This document shows, in pieces, positions 9,349 to 18,828 of a stretch of DNA of 64,000 bases. A program made the translations under genes and the position numbers. Position 1 is the stretch's first letter. Each line of letters begins with the position of its first letter. The DNA lies in assembly GCA_000004985.1 (NCBI GenBank), contig GG738869.1; one strand, given 5' to 3'. This stretch comes from Naegleria gruberi. Its lineage: Eukaryota. Below the pieces are notes generated by a model, which did no database searches, had not been told where the DNA came from, and saw nothing but the letters and a program-made list of their open reading frames with translations.

Positions 9349-12300
9349 ATGCAAAACGTCAATATTTATTCATCACAAAGAAAATACATGAATCGGCAAC
9401 TTTCCAATAACCAGATCTCTTCAATGAGTCAAGACAAAACCAACAATACATCCACAACAACAGTAGGAGAACCAGCACTTCTGGATTCTTCTCCTCACCA
9501 TCAACAACAACAACTCGAAGAAGAATTAATTCCCTCTTCATCATCGTCAACAACAAGCACAACCCCTCCACTATTACTCTCCAATCATAATCATCAAAAC
9601 AACAAGAAAGAAGAACAATCACTTGTTGCTACCAACTATAACACTCCTATCAATTCATCAACTCCTCTCGAAAATTCTTCTCCTTCCTCCTCTCCAAGCA
9701 CGACAGACGCAACAAAATCTTCTTCATCACCAAGTAATTCTCCCGCCAAACCGAAATTCAATTCAAAGGAAAAAACACCACAAGAAATCTACAGTGAATT
9801 GGCACTTGGTATTGCAGGCTCGAATTTTGGTTATCATCAACAGCAGCAACAACAGCAGGTGGGAAATAATGTGAGGCACTCGATAAGTATTCAACAGACG
9901 ACGAATAGGAGAGGAATAGCCTTTGAGTTGGGACGTGATGATGATGATTGTTCGGAAGGATTTAATAAGAAGGATTTGATGGATAAGGCTGATAAGAGAA
10001 AGAGTATTTCGATTGTTAGTAGTTTGGATATTCAACAGGTAAATCCAATTAGTCTTCATAAGAAGAAGAAGAAAAATTCACCAAGTTCAAAACAACCATC
10101 ATCAAATCATCCTAAAGGAGGATTATTCATGTTTTTCAATAATCCAAGAAATTCAATTACTAAAAGATTCAGAGCAAGTGTATCGGGAAAGGAAATGGAT
10201 GATGATTTAACTAAAATTCAACAGGAAATTAATGATCATGAGAGAAGGAGAACTCTTGGTACTACTTCAGACGAGGAAGTTGACGAAGAAACCAAATCCT
10301 TCTATAACATTATTCGAAATGGTGTTAGAAGAGGTAGTTCGAAACAATTGGAAACTCCTGTGAATTCTGGAAGTTTTATGGTTTTGGATGCCTCTCCTAG
10401 GATTCAGTCCAGTGATGTAACAAGAACTGGACCAATTCAAAATGTGGCCATGTCTTTGTGGACTAAGGTTGACAGTACTATTGCATTTAGATTGATGGAT
10501 TACTGCTCCTTGTTTGAGGTGAGCTCCCTTTCTAGGTTGAATCAAGAATGGCTTTCTTTTGTGAAGGGCTATTTTAGTAACCATTGCGATCCAGAAAATT
10601 TGAGAACTTGCATGTTGCTACTCTACTTTAAGTTGCAAGGTATCTTCTCAAATTTGAGAGCAGAGGTTTCTGCTGAGGACAGACATTTGAAATCAGTGTA
10701 TAGCGTTCTATTAAGTCACAAACATCTTTTGGAGCAATCTTTGACTAATACTTCAAAGAATAGAATTAGTATTACAACATCACGAGAACTTGGACTGGGA
10801 GATTTATTTTTGAACACATACCTGAATAATCTATTCAATATTATTCCAAGAGTTGCATACTATACAGCTAGAAAGAATGAAAGGAAGGTCATTAATTTTA
10901 ACGAAATTCAATATTCCTTAACTGTAGAAATATTTTTAAGAGACGAAACAGTTGTAAATACTCTAGATACGTACGATATTGAAAGATATGTACAAAACTA
11001 TTCAGGATCATTCGCTACTCAGTTAATTGCCACCTCAATGGCCTATTTTTCTGTTTACTATCTTAAAATAGAAAACTATACTCCTGCCACAGAACCTTTT
11101 GAGCTTACTGAATATACTGAAGCAGGCACTCCAGAGGCAAGAAGAGTAACTATTTCTGGTAACACACCAACTCCAAATTCGAAAGCAGGATCGTTTTCCT
11201 CACTCAAAAATCTCAAACTTGAAAGTAATTTTGAAGACACTATTGAAATGTTCAGAAGTCCCCGTACTCCTGCTACACCATCATCCAAAAACAATAGCTT
11301 CATAATGGACAAGGGAGAGTTCTTAATTGCCAAAGGTTCAGGTACAACCAAAAAGAGAAGAGAAAGTTTGGCTAGTGAGACTGGATCGGTCTCCTCCTCA
11401 ATCTCTACTCCTAATATTAATTTTAATTTCATTGAAATTATTCCGAAAGATAGTTCAGAGTTGGGCTATTTATTCCTTCTAGAATTCTTCAAGATTCTTT
11501 CAAAGTATATTAGGAGATTAACATTCAGCCGCAAACCTCATGCATCTGAAAGATTTAGAATGGACTATTTCTCTACAATGTCTCTATCACCTAATTGTGA
11601 GACCTTCTCAGCATTTATGACTAATGAAGAGGATGAATTTAAGAAAAATTCTAAAAAATTCAAAAGTGTTTGCAATGCTATTGCAACCTCAGAGGCACTA
11701 ACATGCTTAGTTATGGGTGGAAAGGAATGGAATCAAGAGGATGTCAACATTCTCTTCAATTCCCTTAGTAGGGCCGGTGATGAAATTAAACGAGATAACT
11801 ACAAAATAGATTTGATTCTTCCATGTTTGCTGGAAATTAGTGAAAGATGCACCAAGCCAAAACTGAGACCATCCATCTTCCTTCCTCCACCAACCAGTGA
11901 GAGTCTTGTCAGCGAAATTAATATTGCAGAAATTCATGAAAGTGTCACATCTCCTAGAATTCAAACAGACAGCATACAACCTTCCTTTGTTGTTTCCTCA
12001 TCTGGAGACTCACAAATTTCAAATGATTTTGATGAAGGTATTGTAAGATGGCCAAAACATTTAAAGCGTGTGTATTTGACAGATATCAATGAAAACTTGA
12101 TATTCCATGAAAGATGGTTGAATGGAAGTCCAGAAATGACTTCACTACATTTTAATTTTTCACTTTCTTCTCCTATTAATTTTGATGCTATTTGCCTTTG
12201 CTCAAATCTCAGATATTTACACATTTCAGATTGTGTATTGGGAAATAATAAGAATACAGCTCTGAATTTAATTAATGCAATCAAGAAATTAGACAAACTA

Positions 12301-12654
12301 GAAAGCCTGTCTTTAGAAAGAGTGATTATGGAAAATAATGCTTGGATACAACTCTTTGATGATGTCTTGACAACTTCTCCTACTCTTAGCTCAATAAGAA
12401 TTGTTGATTCAATTAATCAAACAACAATAGTTTCTTCCTTTGTTCATGCCTCAAAAATTAGAATTGGTCAATTGGATAAAATTGAACTCAAATTGAAAGG
12501 CTTCGGTGAAAAAGACAAGCTACTGATCAACTCACTGATTGAACAATTAATGTTACACGGTAATGCCAAGACTGTTATTGCTGATTGTAAATTCCTAAAT
12601 CCAAATCAATCAGGTGAAAAAGACAAATCCAAGAAATCTTGCATAGTCATGTAA
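9349..12654 (+). CDS. Large F-box-like / leucine-rich-repeat protein with a Ser/Thr/Gln-rich N-terminus and C-terminal polybasic CaaX (KKSCIVM)
   Basis: 1101-aa ORF. F-box-like segment WTKVDSTIAFRLMDYCSLFEVSSLSRLNQEWLSFV. RNI-type LRRs near the C-terminus (LRYLHISDCVLGNN...LESLSLERV). Terminal Cys-Ile-Val-Met followed by stop at 12640-12654. Confidence 0.6.
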   Translation: MQNVNIYSSQRKYMNRQLSNNQISSMSQDKTNNTSTTTVGEPALLDSSPHHQQQQLEEELIPSSSSSTTSTTPPLLLSNHNHQNNKKEEQSLVATNYNTPINSSTPLENSSPSSSPSTTDATKSSSSPSNSPAKPKFNSKEKTPQEIYSELALGIAGSNFGYHQQQQQQQVGNNVRHSISIQQTTNRRGIAFELGRDDDDCSEGFNKKDLMDKADKRKSISIVSSLDIQQVNPISLHKKKKKNSPSSKQPSSNHPKGGLFMFFNNPRNSITKRFRASVSGKEMDDDLTKIQQEINDHERRRTLGTTSDEEVDEETKSFYNIIRNGVRRGSSKQLETPVNSGSFMVLDASPRIQSSDVTRTGPIQNVAMSLWTKVDSTIAFRLMDYCSLFEVSSLSRLNQEWLSFVKGYFSNHCDPENLRTCMLLLYFKLQGIFSNLRAEVSAEDRHLKSVYSVLLSHKHLLEQSLTNTSKNRISITTSRELGLGDLFLNTYLNNLFNIIPRVAYYTARKNERKVINFNEIQYSLTVEIFLRDETVVNTLDTYDIERYVQNYSGSFATQLIATSMAYFSVYYLKIENYTPATEPFELTEYTEAGTPEARRVTISGNTPTPNSKAGSFSSLKNLKLESNFEDTIEMFRSPRTPATPSSKNNSFIMDKGEFLIAKGSGTTKKRRESLASETGSVSSSISTPNINFNFIEIIPKDSSELGYLFLLEFFKILSKYIRRLTFSRKPHASERFRMDYFSTMSLSPNCETFSAFMTNEEDEFKKNSKKFKSVCNAIATSEALTCLVMGGKEWNQEDVNILFNSLSRAGDEIKRDNYKIDLILPCLLEISERCTKPKLRPSIFLPPPTSESLVSEINIAEIHESVTSPRIQTDSIQPSFVVSSSGDSQISNDFDEGIVRWPKHLKRVYLTDINENLIFHERWLNGSPEMTSLHFNFSLSSPINFDAICLCSNLRYLHISDCVLGNNKNTALNLINAIKKLDKLESLSLERVIMENNAWIQLFDDVLTTSPTLSSIRIVDSINQTTIVSSFVHASKIRIGQLDKIELKLKGFGEKDKLLINSLIEQLMLHGNAKTVIADCKFLNPNQSGEKDKSKKSCIVM

Positions 12655-12662
12655 AACATTAA

Positions 12663-13307
12663 TCATTTCATATCAATTCTATTACGCTCTTTTAAATAGT
12701 GATTTTCTGACTTAATTTCTCCACATACTGCAAAACAAGTTGCAAGAATAGCTGTTGAAATTGATCCAATTTCTAACATTGCCAACAAAACTTCATTAGG
12801 CAATTGCTCAGTCATCAAAGTATGAGGAAGTGTTTGAACAAATTCCAGTAAGCTTCTGGAATGATGAATTTGGATTTTAGTCTCATCAAAGAGTAATACA
12901 CCAGCGATTGCAATATTAACCACAACATCCAAACCATTTAAAACACTTGCAATGAAAAAAAGCTTACTTGCTTTTTTGGATTTTTCTGATTTGGATCTTT
13001 GATAATCAGCAAGACAACCTTGTAATGCTAAAATACCGCCAATCAAAGGCACTGATAGAATAATTCCTCGAGCAAATCTACTTGGAATTATCATACCCAT
13101 TCTCCACAATATTCTCAATCCAATAATTTCATACATTGATTCTTTCATTCGATGAAGAGGTTGCTTCTTATTATTTTGTTGATCATTTGTAAAATTAATA
13201 TTGGAAACTGAGAATTTTCTTTCTTTCGGAATCGTCCAGATAGTTAGTGCTGGATTTTTCTTTGAGATTAACCTATTAATAGGTATTAGGCATTTGAGTT
13301 TAATCAT
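12663..13307 (-). CDS. Hypothetical multi-pass membrane protein
   Basis: 214-aa ORF with an A-rich start context and several hydrophobic segments (IILSVPLIGGILALQG, LDVVVNIAIAGVLLF, ISTAILATCFAVCG). Confidence 0.5.
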   Translation of the reverse strand: MIKLKCLIPINRLISKKNPALTIWTIPKERKFSVSNINFTNDQQNNKKQPLHRMKESMYEIIGLRILWRMGMIIPSRFARGIILSVPLIGGILALQGCLADYQRSKSEKSKKASKLFFIASVLNGLDVVVNIAIAGVLLFDETKIQIHHSRSLLEFVQTLPHTLMTEQLPNEVLLAMLEIGSISTAILATCFAVCGEIKSENHYLKERNRIDMK

Positions 13308-13354
13308 TTTTTTAATCCAATTAATACACGTTATTACAAATTTACAATTTAAGT

Positions 13355-15019
13355 TTATTTCTTAGCAGGAGCACCAGCAGCTTTTGAAAGAGGAATATCT
13401 TGAGCTGCAGATCTCAATTTTTCTACAGTAAAATCAGTTGTCATTAACTTCCCTGTGTACTTATCTTGAATACCACTCTCTAACAACTCATGCAATTTCT
13501 TTTTTCTTATTAATTCGACTTTCTTTCTCTCGAGTTCCATCTTTCTCTTGAGTAATTCGCCTTCCTCAAGATATTCTCTTCTTTGTTTGTCTTTTTCTTC
13601 TTTAGTGTTATCCATTTGTTGCATCAGCTGTTGTTGAGTCTGAACTCGTCTCTTTTTCTCCTCTTCAGCCTTAAGCTTTTCCAATTCTTCGAGCTTCTTT
13701 TGGTGATCCACAATCCTCGAAAAATCTTCTCTGTCCTCTCTTGCAAGTTCAGCAATCTTATTTTCCTTTTCCATCTTTTGCTTTTGTCTTGTGCCATGAA
13801 GTTCTTGATTCATTTTAACTCTCTTTTCCTCTTCTTGCATTTTCTTTTTTCTGAATTCTCTTTCCAGAGCTTCTTGTGCTCGTTTAGCTCTCAGAGTATC
13901 CATTTCAGAAAGCTTGTCTTGTGCCTTTTCTTGGAGAGCTCTTAGACGAGCAACTTCTCTTTCCTTTTCTGCTCTTAATCGTTCTTGTTGATCCGTTATT
14001 TCTTGTTCTCTTCTTTCCTTTTCTGCAAGGTAGTCAGCAATTTGTCTATCTTCTTCAAGCTCAGCAAGTTTTAATCTTCTCTTCAGAGATATTTGTTCTG
14101 CATTCGCAAGAGCAATTTCTTCCATAAGTAACTTTTCTTGCTTCTTCTTTTCCTCTGCCTCCTTAATATCTTCGGATTTCATCTTTTGCATGTGATACAA
14201 CATTGCATCTTGTTCTTGTCTCTTTAACTCGAGTTCTCTCAGTCTTTCCTTTTCTCTTTCCTTCATTTGTTCTTTAATTACAAGTGATCCATTTCTTCTG
14301 TCTTCTTGTCTCTTTTTTTCTCTTTGTTCATACATTTTAATGGCCTTTAACCTTTCAAGTTCCATCAATTCATCAAGTCGTCTATCTTCCTCTTGTTTCT
14401 CATAGATAATTCTTTGTTTTTCCTCCAATTGCTTGTCTCTAATTGTGACACATTGAGAATACAAGGCCATACTATTCATCCTCTTGACTTCATCAATATT
14501 TTCATCCATTTGAGTGATAGCTTTTTCAAGGAGTTGTAATTGTTTTTCTTCATTTTCTACGTCAAGATCAGATTTTTTCATGTCTCCCTTAGATTTCTTT
14601 TCTCTATCAAGCTGTCTTATACGTTCCTTTCTTTCCATAGCTTCCAATGTTTCTTCCCTTTTTTTTCTTTCAGCTTCCCTTTGTTTTTCAAGAGGAGTTG
14701 CTTTTTCTTTCAGGGTCATAAATTCGGAAGCTGAAATAACGACAGCATCTGGCTGCTTTTTGACAGTTTGTAATGTCCTTTTATCCATTTTCATTGAGTT
14801 ATTTTGTTGTTGTTTTTGTTGTGGTTGGCCCCTTGCTGATGACTTGTTCGTACCAAACAAGTTTTCATCCACAGTAGCCGTATCAGCAACTTTTCTATAG
14901 GTTGATCTTGCGTGAGATCCTGCACTAGATATCGAAGCATTAGATGATGGCTAATATAATAATATCAATTAAAATCAAATATCAGGTTAGAATACTTTGA
15001 GGGTAAGGCAACGTACCAT
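13355..15019 (-). CDS. CFAP45: Cilia- and flagella-associated protein 45 (CCDC19-type, TPH-domain coiled coil), 532 aa
   Basis: Exon 1 is the ATG alone (15017..15019). Intron 14951..15016 (GTACGT...ATTAG). Exon 2 is 13355..14950. The spliced N-terminus MPSSNASISSAGSHARSTYRKVADTATVDENLFG and the internal VARLRALQEKAQD...LRAKRAQE match my recollection of animal CFAP45 (YRTKAVSSEVDESLFG; IARLRAMQEKAQD). Glu/Lys/Arg-rich throughout. Confidence 0.85.
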
Positions 15020-15063
15020 TTTTTTTGTTGGTTAAAAAACGACAAACTTAACTACGAAAAATA

Positions 15064-15074
15064 TTTGGCGGGAG
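15064..15074 (+). promoter_or_regulatory. E2F-consensus-like motif TTTGGCGGGAG about 45 nt upstream of the CFAP45 start codon
   Basis: Same exact 11-mer as at 37116-37126, located in the 195-bp spacer between the CFAP45 start and the GRWD1 stop. Confidence 0.2.
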
Positions 15075-15214
15075 AAATTGTTTGAATGCATCCACTGGCT
15101 TTTACAAGTATTGACAGCTGGAGCCAATCTTATCAAAGTTTATTATAAGAATAGATTATAACGAGAACATTAGAATAGGTGGATGAAATCAATAAAATTG
15201 CCTTATTAAATAAT

Positions 15215-16875
15215 TTATTGTTCCATTTCTTCATCCTCAGGATCTTCTGAAAGATTAGATGGTTTAAAGATTGAATAGCCGTCAAGACTTGTTGTAATAA
15301 GCACATTTTGGAATTTTGGATGCCAGTGCACTTCCTTAATGTCAACTTGACCCATGTGTTCGAATAACAATTGTGGTGGGATTTCATTTCCGATTTCTTT
15401 TTCAATTTCTTCTTGTTCGGCATCTCTTTCGAGTGAGAGATCCCAAATTGTCACCTTATCAGAATCAGAAGCAGCCAATAACGTTGATTCAATTGGATTC
15501 CATTCTATTGATGTAATAGAATTCTTGTGATAAATAAATTGGCCAACTGGTTTCATAGGACTGCTATCAGAACATTGTCTGACGTCCCAAATACGAATAA
15601 CACCATCATCGTCACCACTTGCAATAAAGTAACTTGTGAGAGGATTCCAAGAAATAACGTTAACATCTGCCTTTTCACTAGCTTCAAAACTGAGAGCATG
15701 CTTTCTATTCTTTTTTCTTGTATCCCAGAATTTAATAGTTCTATCGCATGAACATGATGCAAACACACTGTCTTCACTTGGTGAGAATTGAAGATCCTCA
15801 ACACTTCCTGTATGTCCAACAAATGGTTTATCATAAATTCTCTTCCAAGTATGAACTCCACTATTTGTTTGCATATCCATAACGTTAATTTCACCATTAC
15901 AATCACCAGTAGCAAGTCTACCTTCCACACACTTCGACCAGTCCATAGCAAAACCTTCAGTAGTATGGAAATCGAAAGTTTGAATTGCCTTCTTACTCTT
16001 TGTAATAGATTTTAAGGAACTGGCCATATTTTCTTGTCTTAAAACTTGTGACATTTGTGTCAAGTCATAAATGTGAACCTTAGAGTCCTCACACCAAAAA
16101 CCAACAATATTTCTATTTTGTGGCATTGCTCTTACTCTATTAACATTACCAGTGATTGGAATAGTTTGGTATTCAAGTGATGGTTCATCATCCAAATTTT
16201 CATTATCATCATCTTCATCTTCAACGTCACTTTCATCTGAATCGTAACGTGTTTTGTACATATCGTAAGCTTTAATCATGTAACAATTCTTTTGAGGAAC
16301 AGTTTCATCAGTTTGCACACCCACAACAAAATAACATGACAATGGATAATTCATAGTATCGAGTGGTTGTGAAACAATATCAAAACTCAAAGCAGGCCAT
16401 TCATTTCTGATTTTGTAATTAATTTCGTAGGCCTTATTTTGAAAAGTTAATTCGAATTCTCCATCATTGTAATTCTCTCCAGGACGATAAATATCGGCTT
16501 TGGAATTTATACCTTCTCTATACTTTTCGGCTTCTTCCTCCTCTTCAATATATTGTTTTTCACTGTTTTGTACTTTCAAATTTAATTCATCCATCTTTTG
16601 ACGAAGTTCGGTTTCATCTCCTTCAAATTCATATTCACCTTCATCTTCATCAACGTAGTCTTCCGAATTTTCATCGTATTCATCTTCATATGGATCGCCT
16701 CTACACAAAATTTAATCATCATCATCTATGAAACTAAAAAAACCTACGCTGCATATTCGGCTCTATCTTCATGGTCTGATTCTTCATCAGATGAGTCAAG
16801 ATGTCTGACCACTCTCGATTCATTCTTACTTCCAGAAAAAGTGGCTACTTTACTTCTCTTCTTTGCGCCTGGCAT
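15215..16875 (-). CDS. GRWD1: Glutamate-rich WD-repeat protein (GRWD1/Rrb1-type ribosome-biogenesis chaperone), 537 aa
   Basis: Exon 1 is 16748..16875 (MPGAKKRSKV...). A 47-nt intron at 16701..16747 (GTAGGT..TGTAG). Exon 2 is 15215..16700. Acidic N-terminus followed by WD40 repeats (FASCSCDRTIKFWD, IASGDDDGVIRIWD, LAASDSDKVTIWD). Confidence 0.85.
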
Positions 16876-17004
16876 TTTTTATTGTCTTGTTGACTTCAAC
16901 AATTTTTTTCAAACTTTCATCAACAAGGCTTGTTGGAAAAGTGAAGTAAAATGTTGAACAAGAATAAAAATTTAAAAAAATTGAAAACACTTTAAATTCA
17001 AAAA

Positions 17005-18012
17005 ATGGTGACTACCAATAACAACAAGGAAACATCGGTCGCTTCAACAGAGAAGAAGCCAGTTGCTGTGACTACCAACAAGATTAGACAAAAGTTAAAG
17101 CAAATGAACAAACAAACAAAATCAACGGTTACAAATAGTGATAGTACCAATTCTAAATTCCACAACAAACAAAGAACTTTGATTTTATCTTCACGAGGTA
17201 TTCATGCTAAACATAGACATTTATTGAAGGATCTTCGTACCTTGTTACCTCACACTAAAACCGAAAGTAAATTCTCTAAAGAAGGAATAGATGAAGGAGA
17301 TTTGGTTAAAAAACTTCACAGACTTCAAAAGATTGACCACATTGCTGCTGCTTTGAAATGTCCAAATATTTTGTACTTTGAAGTTGATAAGGAATCAGCA
17401 GATACAGAATTGTTTTTATGGATGTCAAAGACTTCAACTGGACCTTCTATGAGATTTAAAGTTGAAAATATCAGTACTATGAATGAATTGAATCTTATCG
17501 GAAATTGTTTGAAATATTCAAGACCATTATTACATTTCGACAAAACATTTGACAATATTGAAGGCGAAGATAAGCTTACTCATCTCCCATTGATTAAGGA
17601 ATTATTAACACAAACTTTCTCTACACCACTTAATCATCCAAAATCAAAACCATTCTTTGATCACATGTTTGCTTTCTATTATTTGGATGGAAGAGTTTGG
17701 TTCAGAAATTATCAAATTGTTACAAAACAATCAAGCCAAGGAGTTGCATTGACTGGTTCCCAAAAACATGAATATTCTCTTGTTGAAATTGGACCTAGAT
17801 TTGTTCTCAAGTTGACTAAGATTCTCAATGGTTCTTTCGATGGTAGAGTTATTTTCAATAGTGATTCACACTTTGTTTCAAAGGCTGAAGTTCAAAGATT
17901 GGAAAGCATTAAACTTGACCTCGACAAGCAAAAAAAGACTGAAAAACACAGAAAGTACTTAGAATTGAGAAAGCCAGCTGATGCTGATGAAGTGAGTTCT
18001 GTTTTCAATTAA
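17005..18012 (+). CDS. BRX1: Brix-domain ribosome biogenesis protein BRX1
   Basis: 335-aa ORF. RTLILSSRGIHAKHRHLLKDLRTLLPHTKTESKF, GPSMRFKVENISTMNELNLIGNCLKYSRPLLHFD and VWFRNYQI are Brix-domain (BRX1-type) signatures. Confidence 0.85.
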   Translation: MVTTNNNKETSVASTEKKPVAVTTNKIRQKLKQMNKQTKSTVTNSDSTNSKFHNKQRTLILSSRGIHAKHRHLLKDLRTLLPHTKTESKFSKEGIDEGDLVKKLHRLQKIDHIAAALKCPNILYFEVDKESADTELFLWMSKTSTGPSMRFKVENISTMNELNLIGNCLKYSRPLLHFDKTFDNIEGEDKLTHLPLIKELLTQTFSTPLNHPKSKPFFDHMFAFYYLDGRVWFRNYQIVTKQSSQGVALTGSQKHEYSLVEIGPRFVLKLTKILNGSFDGRVIFNSDSHFVSKAEVQRLESIKLDLDKQKKTEKHRKYLELRKPADADEVSSVFN

Positions 18013-18167
18013 AAGTTTTTTCAAAAAACTGCTGTACTGATTTTTTTCAATATTCCCTAAAGCTCCTCACCTAAAGCAATAATAAGGACTTTGTGAGCGG
18101 ATTTTGAATGATATTGGAGCAAAATTTGTCGTGCCCAACTCAATTTTCCATCACTACAAGATATTAA

Positions 18168-18182
18168 TCACCGCGTTTCATT
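18168..18182. repeat. Left copy of an inverted 15-mer (TCACCGCGTTTCATT) with patchy extension to about 18212
   Basis: It is the exact reverse complement of 27780-27794. Further blocks match inward (TTGCTT, TTGTAAA). Confidence 0.5.
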
Positions 18183-18828
18183 TTGCTTTTTGTAATAAAA
18201 GTTGTAAAGTTATGACGTTGGATAGCTTTATAGAAAAAAATACCATCACCAACTGACAAACCAAAAATTATTACCTCCCAACAATAATTAGTAACATCAC
18301 ATCCTACCTCGTCTCTTAGGTTGAGTTCTTTTATAAGAAAGTTCTTTTCATGTAGAGGTGTTTTATAATTATTCCAAAATTGAAGTAATTGTTTTACTAC
18401 GAGGTAAACTCACAACAAATTCTCAAGGAGATGATGTTGTGTTTTGGGATGTAATGTTTCTTATTATGTCAGAAAACATCTAGTAAGGAATGATTTATTT
18501 AGAAGAAGAACAACAACAATATTTAGAAGATATAAAACCATCACTGTGGGCTGATGATTTTCAGCAATAATTTAGAGAGACCAAACAAAAAATGATTTAA
18601 TATTGCAACATACAAACACACCACTTCAGCACCAACAGCAAGTAATCGTCTATGGAAAACTTCATCAAAGAGGGTCTCCTTTTTTTCATCACTAAATTCT
18701 ATTGATGAAGCATCATGACTATATCCGAGGATTGTGAAACAACAACCAACAGCAGGCTTTTACGATGATTCCGCACATTTGAATGAAGTATTAGTTTAGA
18801 TCAACTGGTACTGAAAAGGAGAAAAAGT

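Noticed and set aside
13583-14900. Several plus-strand ORFs (120, 68, 128 and 64 aa) rich in Phe/Leu/Ser
   Set aside because: They are antisense or out-of-frame shadows of the Glu/Lys/Arg-rich CFAP45 coding sequence (GAA/AAG repeats read as TTC/CTT).
18152-18160. CACTACAAG, identical to the first 9 nt of the classical En/Spm (CACTA) terminal inverted repeat, 8 nt outside the left inverted 15-mer
   Set aside because: I found no matching CTTGTAGTG at or near the right side of the island (27.6-28.0 kb). A single 9-mer is expected by chance at about 0.5 per window. I kept it only as a pointer for a proper TIR search.
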